A DNA stretch of 64,000 nucleotides from an uncultured Thiothrix sp. (GTDB taxonomy: Bacteria > Pseudomonadota > Gammaproteobacteria > Thiotrichales > Thiotrichaceae), in contig CAYNNA010000002.1 in assembly GCA_964398375.1 (NCBI GenBank), forward strand, positions 6,038 to 70,037, written 5' to 3'. Positions 9,312 through 16,721 of this stretch are shown piece by piece. Below the pieces are notes generated by a model. It worked only from the letters and a program-made list of their open reading frames with translations. It was not told where the DNA came from and did not search any database. The translations under genes were made by a program, and so were the position numbers. The stretch's first letter is position 1, and the number at the start of each line of letters is the position of its first letter.

Positions 9312-11000
9312 TTATTGTACTTTCATCACATCCAATTGTTCACTATCGGTCAATAACACCCACGCGCTGAGTTTGGGCAATGCCGCAATTTCGGGCACAG
9401 ACAAATAGCCTTGCACTTGCGCGATGCCCTCTTCCCGCTTGGCATCCCAGCCTTTCACACCCTCGGATTTTTTGGCGTATTTCAGTTCGATCAAATGCTG
9501 GTGCGGCACAGCATACGGGCTGCGTTCCAGCAGCAGGATGTCGGGGTAACGGTGATTCATTTCGCGCTCGCTCTGGATGAAATACACCGGCGAATGATAG
9601 AGCAGCGTCAGCAGCAAGGTTTTGATGTGCTTTTCGTCCATCTTCATGAAATCGCGGTTGGAAAGCACCTGTAGTACGCGCTGCATCTCATCCATTAACG
9701 GCTGGATATTGTCATCCGCCGCCAAGGATGCCACTGCCGAGGCTAAGCCACGATTAGGAATCTCAATCTGGTTACGCCGCTCCAGTTCCGCTTTGAAATA
9801 CTGAAAATACATCTCCTGCATCACATGGTTGGGGATAGCAAACACCTCCCCCGCCAACTCTTCGCGTTGCAGCGACACAAACCCCATATAGGCTAACAAG
9901 CTGATGAAATCATCCCGGAAAAAGCCCTTGTCGAAATCAAATTTTTCCGCCTGCCGTGCCATGACTTCGCCCGTATTGAGCAGCTCATCCAGCACCTTGT
10001 AATTGTCTTCACGGTCGCCGATCCCGAATAAGCCCATTAACTTGCCATAGTCGGAGGCAATATTCGCATCCAGCATTTTTTTCGGATAAGCACAGCGTTT
10101 TGTGTCGAAATTATCCAGAAAATACAACACCATATTGGCGTTATAAACTGTTTCGGGCGCATCCGCGTGGAAGCGGTAGCCGTTGTACCAGCGGGTCACA
10201 TCCTCCAGCAACATAGAGGCATCCAGATGGCAATCGACTGCCAAGGGCTGGAGTAAAGCCGCCACTTCATCCTTGGTAAAACCGACGGCTGCATTGAAGT
10301 CTTCTTGTAACGACAGGTTTTTGCCAATATTAAACCCACTGGTCAGGCTATCCAGCATGATCGGCGTGACCCCCGTGATGAATAAACGGTCTACCGTGCC
10401 GCGCTGGGTGGCTGTCTTAATGGTTTCGTAAAAACTGCGCACGAAACCGCCCTTGCCGACAATACTTTTGAACAGCGGCATATTCTCCGCCAGTATCGAA
10501 TTGGCGAAATGGTCGTATTCGTCGAGCAACAGGAACAACTTTTGGTTGGCTGTTACCCCAAAAAAGTACTCCATTTTCTCGTATGGGGAAGTCAGTGCAG
10601 TAACACCAGCCTGTTCTTGTTGCGTATATCCATAACGCTTGAGGAAGTTTTGCAAAGCCACATCAACTTTGTTGTTGAACGCGCGGTAAACCGATTCCGC
10701 GCTATCCGTGGCAATCCCGCTGAACTCCATGAACAGCACCTGATAGCTGCTGCGCGTTGGGGTGGGGTGTTGCCCGATGTGGAGTTGGGAAAAGATTGCG
10801 TCGAAATCCGCTTGGTGTTTTACGTCATAGTAATACTCCAGTGCCGAGATGAACAGGCTTTTACCGAAACGGCGCGGGCGCAACAGAAAATGGTACTGCC
10901 CATCGGTTTCTAAAGCGGCGATGTAGGCGGTTTTATCCACATAGACAAAACCTTCGGTGATGACTTTCTTGAAATTGCTCAAGCCGTAGGGGATTTTCAT
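9312..11000 (-). CDS. AAA-ATPase-like protein with C-terminal PD-(D/E)XK nuclease domain
   Basis: MKIPYGLSNF, FVYVDKT, RPRRFGKS, LDEYD, WYNGY, C-terminal YPDILL...IELKY. Start placed at ATG 11000. Confidence 0.85.
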   Translation of the reverse strand: MKIPYGLSNFKKVITEGFVYVDKTAYIAALETDGQYHFLLRPRRFGKSLFISALEYYYDVKHQADFDAIFSQLHIGQHPTPTRSSYQVLFMEFSGIATDSAESVYRAFNNKVDVALQNFLKRYGYTQQEQAGVTALTSPYEKMEYFFGVTANQKLFLLLDEYDHFANSILAENMPLFKSIVGKGGFVRSFYETIKTATQRGTVDRLFITGVTPIMLDSLTSGFNIGKNLSLQEDFNAAVGFTKDEVAALLQPLAVDCHLDASMLLEDVTRWYNGYRFHADAPETVYNANMVLYFLDNFDTKRCAYPKKMLDANIASDYGKLMGLFGIGDREDNYKVLDELLNTGEVMARQAEKFDFDKGFFRDDFISLLAYMGFVSLQREELAGEVFAIPNHVMQEMYFQYFKAELERRNQIEIPNRGLASAVASLAADDNIQPLMDEMQRVLQVLSNRDFMKMDEKHIKTLLLTLLYHSPVYFIQSEREMNHRYPDILLLERSPYAVPHQHLIELKYAKKSEGVKGWDAKREEGIAQVQGYLSVPEIAALPKLSAWVLLTDSEQLDVMKVQ

Positions 11001-11078
11001 TGTACTTCCTGCACGGTGGTAATGTGGCAGATGATAGCATATTGCAGTGTAGCGTTGCGGTGGGTGTGCTGTTGTCAC

Positions 11079-11106
11079 TTGACACACTGAATCTTGTACA
11101 TACCAT
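11079..11106 (+). promoter_or_regulatory. Putative sigma70 promoter of the sulfotransferase-like gene
   Basis: TTGACA-16 nt-TACCAT; palindromes TGTCA-CT-TGACA and TACAT-ACC-ATGTA overlap the two boxes. Confidence 0.35.
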
Positions 11107-11144
11107 GTAAAAATCCCCGAAAATTTGATTGGAAGCCCTAACCC

Positions 11145-11870
11145 ATGACATTCCCCTGTTCCCGAATCTTCCTACTCAGCCACATGCGAGCCTACAGCAG
11201 TTTGCTAGGGCATATTATCGGCTCACACCCGCGCATCAATGGCTATTACGAAATGCACCAAAGCTACCTCAGCGACGCTGATTTAGCCCAGCAAATCGCG
11301 GATTACAGCCAACACGATAGCTTAAAACCCGACAGTCACTATCAGTTTGATAAGCTGCTGCACAACGATTATCGGCTGAATTTAAGCCTGCCCGCGTTGC
11401 AAGATGCGGTCATTTTTATTGCGTTGCGCCGACCTGAACCAACCATTAAAAGCATCATTAAGTTATTTCGGCAAAAATCCACCGATGATTTGTACGCGCA
11501 CCCCGCTGGTGCAACCGACTATTACCTTGAACGGCTGCAAACCCTTAGCGACTTCGCCCAGCAACACCCGCAACGTTATTACTATTTTGATACCGAAAAA
11601 GTCTGTACTGACACCGACCGCTTATTAAGCCAGTTACAGCAATGGATAGGGGTGGATGAACCGTTAGCGCGTGAATACGGTAGCTTTGCCAAAACGGGTA
11701 TCGCGGGTGCAGGAGATACCTCACCGCTGATTCACACCGGCAAAATATTACCGGATTTTCAGGAAGCGGTGGATGATGTGGAATTGGATGCAACGTTATT
11801 GCAACAGGCAGAACAGGCTTATCAAAGCAGCCGCGCTCTCTTGCTGCACTACGCCAAACAGCATTACTAA
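11145..11870 (+). CDS. Sulfotransferase-like P-loop protein
   Basis: IFLLSHMRAYSSLL.HI..SHP.I.GY.E resembles the 5'-PSB loop; LRRPEPTIKS resembles the 3'-PB motif. Confidence 0.6.
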   Translation: MTFPCSRIFLLSHMRAYSSLLGHIIGSHPRINGYYEMHQSYLSDADLAQQIADYSQHDSLKPDSHYQFDKLLHNDYRLNLSLPALQDAVIFIALRRPEPTIKSIIKLFRQKSTDDLYAHPAGATDYYLERLQTLSDFAQQHPQRYYYFDTEKVCTDTDRLLSQLQQWIGVDEPLAREYGSFAKTGIAGAGDTSPLIHTGKILPDFQEAVDDVELDATLLQQAEQAYQSSRALLLHYAKQHY

Positions 11871-12268
11871 TAATCGACTTTTTTACGCCCTGATTTAATG
11901 TCGCTGTGCTTTTTCTTGCTGTCGAGCCGCTTGAGCCGCGAGCTAAACGTCGGGTGCGTGGCTTTGCGTTTCTTTTGCACTTTGGTCGCATCCGCGATTA
12001 ATTGTTGCAAACGTTCGAGCGCGTCCGCCCGGTTTTTTTCCTGACTGTTGTGGGTTTGCGCCTTGATGACCACCACACCATCGCCAGAAATGCGTTGATC
12101 AGCGTAGCTCAACAGCTTTTCTTTCCAACTATCCGGCAAGGAAGAAGCGCGGATGTCGAAACGCAGGTGAATCGCGGTCGAGACTTTATTGACGTTTTGC
12201 CCGCCGGAACCTTGAGCGCGGATGGGTTGAAAATCGAGTTCTTCTGGCGGGATAATCATGTTGCGCAT
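11867..12268 (-). CDS. arfB: Alternative ribosome-rescue peptidyl-tRNA hydrolase
   Basis: RAQGSGGQNVNKVSTA (GGQ), RSQ-type segment HNSQEKNR, basic C-tail RLDSKKKHSDIK. Confidence 0.93.
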   Translation of the reverse strand: MRNMIIPPEELDFQPIRAQGSGGQNVNKVSTAIHLRFDIRASSLPDSWKEKLLSYADQRISGDGVVVIKAQTHNSQEKNRADALERLQQLIADATKVQKKRKATHPTFSSRLKRLDSKKKHSDIKSGRKKVDY

Positions 12269-12291
12269 CCTAACGGGTGATCAATTTGACA

Positions 12292-12687
12292 TTAGAGTTT
12301 GGTGAAATGCTGTGCTTTGGCAGCTTTTTTGTCAAAAGTCAGCGTAGTATCGCAGCCTTTGCCCCGCGCTACGTGACAAATTAGTAGGTCTGCCAAATCA
12401 TAAGTGTTATGTTGTGCGCTGCTAACGAAATCGCGGATGCTCAATGAGTCCTGAAACTCCAACGCAACCATAGATAGCAATTCGCTTAGGGAATCTAGGA
12501 TTTCATCACGAGGCACTTCATAGACACTTTTCAGCACCCACATCATTTCCAACACGACCACATTGCTGACGAATAAAGGCCGCTTGTCGGCTTCGGCATC
12601 CGCCAATAATTTGGTGGCAATTTGCGCCTGCTTTTCGTCATCCTGCACCAAAAAGCGCACCAACACATTGGTATCAACAGCCCTCAT
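12292..12687 (-). CDS. vapC: PIN-domain toxin (VapC family)
   Basis: AVDTNVLVR, VLEM, DLAD acidic residues, TLTFD. Confidence 0.88.
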   Translation of the reverse strand: MRAVDTNVLVRFLVQDDEKQAQIATKLLADAEADKRPLFVSNVVVLEMMWVLKSVYEVPRDEILDSLSELLSMVALEFQDSLSIRDFVSSAQHNTYDLADLLICHVARGKGCDTTLTFDKKAAKAQHFTKL

Positions 12688-12941
12688 ACCGCCTCATTCC
12701 TGATATATTGGGCAACAGCCTGATCCATAGCGTCGATACTTACCGGCTGGGACTTTTTGTATTTACTCAACAACCCGGCAACCTCTGTCACCTTACGGGT
12801 AACGAGCTTAATAACCACCTCACCCCGGTCATTCAGGACAAACTCAATCTTATCCCCCGTGACTAAATGCAGGTTATCCCGCACACTTTTCGGAATGGTG
12901 ACTTGTCCCTTTTGCGTCACGGTCGATACAAAAGCATTCAT
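12684..12941 (-). CDS. AbrB/MazE/SpoVT-family antitoxin
   Basis: STVTQKGQVTIPKSVRDNLHL.TGDKIEF swapped-hairpin motif; 4-nt overlap with the PIN gene. Confidence 0.88.
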   Translation of the reverse strand: MNAFVSTVTQKGQVTIPKSVRDNLHLVTGDKIEFVLNDRGEVVIKLVTRKVTEVAGLLSKYKKSQPVSIDAMDQAVAQYIRNEAV

Positions 12942-12951
12942 GTTAGCTCCT

Positions 12952-12993
12952 TGGTATTACCTTAAGTACTAATTCATACTAAGAGTAATACCA
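12952..12993. promoter_or_regulatory. Inverted repeat, probable TA autoregulatory operator
   Basis: TGGTATTAC ... GTAATACCA directly upstream of the antitoxin. Confidence 0.55.
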
Positions 12994-13006
12994 CTCAATA
13001 GACTTG

Positions 13007-14500
13007 TCAAAACAACTGATCCCACACCTCGCGCTCCTCACGATAACTCATCAACGCCGCCAGCATCTGCTGCTTACGCTTTGCCCGATGCTCAGCCGAT
13101 TGGATTTGCTGCCAAGCCAGCGACTGATCACTGAAATTGCGCCGAATATTCCCCAAAAACTGCAACACCTGCACCAACGCAGGCGTACCCTGCCAGCCGT
13201 GTTGCGGCTGTTGCACCCAAGCCTCCAAGGCTTGCACCTGCGCATTCACTGCCGCGTGTTTCGCCGCATACAAAGCCAGCAAGTCCACCTCCACCGTATC
13301 CATCACCTGTTGCACCGCAGCGGCATTGGCTAATTGCGCCAAATCGTGCTGTTTGAGCCACTCCACCACCGAAAACAGCATTAAATCGCCGAAAAATTGG
13401 CGTTCAAACTCATCCGAAATATCAATCGCAGCGTCCTGTTGTTCCACACCGGGGCGAAAACCGTCATCAGCATCCGTGGTACGCTTGTGCAACATCGGCA
13501 AATTCGCCGCCGCAAACCGCTCCCCAATTTCCGCCTGAATCAACCGCCCCGCCGTCGGCCCCGACATCCGCAGCCGTAAATGCCCAAACGGAATAATGTA
13601 TTTCAAACCCTCGACATTTACGATGTAATTACCGGGGTAAATCGTGCGTGCCGGAGTGAGTGCCAGTGGCTCAGCACTCGGCTGATACACCGTTTTGCGC
13701 GTCAAATGTTCACCAGAAAAAAACGACGACAAACGCGCCGCGAAGGTTTCCAAACACGCTCGATTGTCGTGCGCCCCCGATAGCGGACAGGGGTAATCAA
13801 AATAGCTAGTTTGCTGTTCAAAACCAAATAACTTTGCTAAATCATGATAAGCCGCATCGTGCGGCACGGGCGACTCCCGATGAAACTGGCACGCGCCATT
13901 GAGATCATAACTAGCCATTTCGTGCAAAAACGCACTCACATCATCCAGAAAATTCGCCGCCATCACCGAGGGCGATACCGGCGGATCACCCACCAGTTTC
14001 CCCGTCAACATGGCAATGTCATTGGTTTGGAAAATCTGATTAATATGATGAAAATAATCCAGCTCCGGCAAAAACAACTGGTCGCTATCCACCAGATAAT
14101 ACAAGGTGCGGTCTTTATCCCGCGTCAGTTGCAGCATTTTCAGGTAACTGAGATTGCGGTTGGCGGCTTGCCCTTTGCGGTAAAAACGTTCGGCGGGTTG
14201 CGTGGTCAGCAAGTTGCCTAAATGCTGGCGTTGCGTGACGGGGATGTTTTGCAACACCTGATATTGTTCGGGCAAGTCGAAATGGATCACGTCCAGCCCT
14301 TTCGTGCGATATTCGGCCACCAATGCCTGATGCGCGGCGATGTGCTGCGGTTCGCGGCTGTCTTCGGCAACCACGATGGTAATGCCGCCGTCGTAGCCAT
14401 AACGGGTGAGTTGCTGGTGAATGCTTTCCAGACAGTTGCGTAAATGCGCGGGGCGGTCAGCAACGGGAATACTCAAAATGAATTGATAGTGTGCAGGCAT
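13007..14500 (-). CDS. Uncharacterised GT-A-fold (glycosyltransferase family 2-like) protein with helical C-terminus
   Basis: SIPVADRPAHLRNCLESI, VVAEDS, GQAANRN and LVDSD (DxD) match GT-A elements. Start ATG 14500 lies 7 nt after the upstream stop. Confidence 0.6.
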   Translation of the reverse strand: MPAHYQFILSIPVADRPAHLRNCLESIHQQLTRYGYDGGITIVVAEDSREPQHIAAHQALVAEYRTKGLDVIHFDLPEQYQVLQNIPVTQRQHLGNLLTTQPAERFYRKGQAANRNLSYLKMLQLTRDKDRTLYYLVDSDQLFLPELDYFHHINQIFQTNDIAMLTGKLVGDPPVSPSVMAANFLDDVSAFLHEMASYDLNGACQFHRESPVPHDAAYHDLAKLFGFEQQTSYFDYPCPLSGAHDNRACLETFAARLSSFFSGEHLTRKTVYQPSAEPLALTPARTIYPGNYIVNVEGLKYIIPFGHLRLRMSGPTAGRLIQAEIGERFAAANLPMLHKRTTDADDGFRPGVEQQDAAIDISDEFERQFFGDLMLFSVVEWLKQHDLAQLANAAAVQQVMDTVEVDLLALYAAKHAAVNAQVQALEAWVQQPQHGWQGTPALVQVLQFLGNIRRNFSDQSLAWQQIQSAEHRAKRKQQMLAALMSYREEREVWDQLF

Positions 14501-14507
14501 GGTTATC

Positions 14508-16181
14508 TCAACGCCGCGAAGAGTAATTAGGGTAAGCATCCTGATCCACCATCAGTTCGATCAGGTTAATACCGTGATGAAAATCGGCTAATTCAAACAC
14601 TTTCTGGCAATCGGCATCGCTGGCAATTTTAAAATGGTTAATCCCAAACGATTGTGCCAAGAGCGCATAATCCGGGTTTTGGAAATCGCAATCGAGAAAT
14701 CGCTGTTGGTATTGCTGGTGCTGGTTTTTGCGGATTAAGCCCAATGTCTGGTTATTGAACATAATAATCGTCAGCGGAACCTGGTAATTCACTGCCGTCA
14801 TGATTTCCATGCAGCACATTTGAAAACCGCCATCGCCGAGAATCGCAAACATTGGCTTTTTCAACGCAAAACGTGCGCCAATCGCCGCAGGAATCGCATG
14901 ACCTAATGACGACACCCCGGTATTCGGCACAAACAAATCATCATCTTTCACCCGATAAAGGTTTTGCGCAAAAATAATATTGTCATCGACCAACACAATG
15001 CCTTCGTCAAAATGCCGTTCTAGTCGTGCAAACAAGGTTTTCACCAGCGCGAATTTGTCACCGAAAATCACTGTATTATGCGCTATGTTTTGCTGGTCAA
15101 TACGGCGTTTAAAGTCAGCAATAGCCGGGCGTGGTTTCGGCTCAAGCCGTTGCGACATACAACAGGCATTCATGGATTTAAGGAAATCACCAAGGTCAGA
15201 CTGAATGGCTAAATCGGCTTTGAATACCTTTTCCAATTGCGCCACATTACGGTCAACCTGAATGATTTTGCTGGGGTTTAATACGCCCTGTTTCCACACG
15301 TAACTGGTGCGTTCATTGAACCCCGCGCCCAGCAAAATAATCAAATCGGCTTCTTCCATGAAATAGTGCATGGCGTGACCGCTGGACGTAACCCCCAGAC
15401 TGCCTAAAGCGAGTTCGGAACGTTCGTCGATAGCGCCCTTGCCCTTCAAGCTGGTGGCAACCGGAATATTGAGATGGTCGCTGAACTTGCGTAGTTCGGC
15501 ACGCGCTTGCGCCGATTGCAGGCAACCGTAACCCGCAAGAATCACCGGACGTTGCGCTTGGCGGATCATTTCCGCGCATTGTTCCAGCAGTTGCGGGGCA
15601 ATTTGCAGCTTGGGCAAGGGTTTCAACGTGGGTAATTTTTCCAGAATCGCCGCATCAACCAGCTCCTTTTGCACATTGACCGGGATGCTCAGCACCACCG
15701 GCCCCGGCACGTCGGAAACCAGTTGCCGAGCGGCTTGATTCAGCACATTGGTGAGGTAATCGGTGCGTTCGATCAGTTTGTGGTAGCGGGTTACGCCGGA
15801 AAATAGCGCGGTTTGGTCGATGCTACCGCCCTCCCCCGAACTTTCTTGCAAGCCGCCACGCCCGAAAATATGGGTAGGGGCTTCGCCGGTAATCACGATC
15901 ATCGGCAATTTGTCGGCGTAGGCGTTGGCAATACCGGTAATCAGATTGCTTGCGCCGGGGCCTGCGGTGGTAATGCACGCGCCAATGCGCCCGCTGACCC
16001 GCGCATAACCCCCCGCCATAAACGCCGCGCCTTGCTCGTGCTTGACCAGCACCGTCTGGATGTTGGAGTCGTAAAGGTCGTCATACACTGGCAAAATGTG
16101 TGCACCGGGCATCCCGAAGATCGTGTCCACCCCCAACTGTTGCAGGAATTTCACGATGAGTTGGCTGACCTGAATTTGCAT
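14508..16181 (-). CDS. ThDP-dependent enzyme of the acetolactate synthase/pyruvate oxidase superfamily (no small subunit nearby)
   Basis: FGMPG, KHEQGAAFMA (catalytic Glu), TAGPGASN, central domain, GDGGFQM...MFNN ThDP motif. Confidence 0.9.
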   Translation of the reverse strand: MQIQVSQLIVKFLQQLGVDTIFGMPGAHILPVYDDLYDSNIQTVLVKHEQGAAFMAGGYARVSGRIGACITTAGPGASNLITGIANAYADKLPMIVITGEAPTHIFGRGGLQESSGEGGSIDQTALFSGVTRYHKLIERTDYLTNVLNQAARQLVSDVPGPVVLSIPVNVQKELVDAAILEKLPTLKPLPKLQIAPQLLEQCAEMIRQAQRPVILAGYGCLQSAQARAELRKFSDHLNIPVATSLKGKGAIDERSELALGSLGVTSSGHAMHYFMEEADLIILLGAGFNERTSYVWKQGVLNPSKIIQVDRNVAQLEKVFKADLAIQSDLGDFLKSMNACCMSQRLEPKPRPAIADFKRRIDQQNIAHNTVIFGDKFALVKTLFARLERHFDEGIVLVDDNIIFAQNLYRVKDDDLFVPNTGVSSLGHAIPAAIGARFALKKPMFAILGDGGFQMCCMEIMTAVNYQVPLTIIMFNNQTLGLIRKNQHQQYQQRFLDCDFQNPDYALLAQSFGINHFKIASDADCQKVFELADFHHGINLIELMVDQDAYPNYSSRR

Positions 16182-16194
16182 GAAAGGCTACCTG

Positions 16195-16218
16195 TGCCAA
16201 TTGAATTTATAATTGGCA
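16195..16218. promoter_or_regulatory. Inverted repeat upstream of the ThDP enzyme
   Basis: TGCCAATT-N8-AATTGGCA, 13 nt before the start codon. Confidence 0.45.
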
Positions 16219-16273
16219 AACGATAACCCAAACCGCGCCGCTTGTGGCACTGATTTTGTTCAAATATCCAACG

Positions 16274-16696
16274 CTAGGCGGCTAACACCACCAATTGTGG
16301 CACGGCAGTTGCTGAATCTGCCCACAAAATTGCGTTTTGGGCGTATTGCTCGCCCAAGGATTTGGCATTCTCCAAATCCAAACCCGGCACCAGAAAACTG
16401 GCTTCGCCTTGCCACTCGCCCGCCGGGTCTAAGCCAATCGCAGGAATGGTCATATAACCGTGTTCTGCTAACTCTGCCGCCAATTGCTGTTGCGCAAGGG
16501 CATTTTCAGCCTCACTCAATGGCCAGCTATGCGGATTGCAAGCGGTGATAAACGCCGCACAGGTATGCCCCGTTTCCCGCAATAACTGCGCCAATTCGTC
16601 GGACGGGCTATCCGTCCGCAGCGTAAATGCGCCCTGTGGGTATTGCACTTGGTAATGGGCAGCGTGATACGCCGCCAGCAATTCTGTTGTCATCAT
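16274..16696 (-). CDS. DUF3293-family protein
   Basis: L.AAY..A.Y, AFITACNP.S, W..EASF, G..Y.QNAI motifs. Confidence 0.8.
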   Translation of the reverse strand: MMTTELLAAYHAAHYQVQYPQGAFTLRTDSPSDELAQLLRETGHTCAAFITACNPHSWPLSEAENALAQQQLAAELAEHGYMTIPAIGLDPAGEWQGEASFLVPGLDLENAKSLGEQYAQNAILWADSATAVPQLVVLAA

Positions 16697-16721
16697 TGAA
16701 AGTCCCCATTTATTGATACTG

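Noticed and set aside
14508-16181. Calling the ThDP enzyme ilvB/ilvI
   Set aside because: No regulatory subunit or ilv genes adjacent, and it is coupled to a GT-like gene, so the substrate cannot be assigned.
16181-16274. TPP riboswitch upstream of the ThDP enzyme
   Set aside because: No CUGAGA / ACCUGAU core and too little space.
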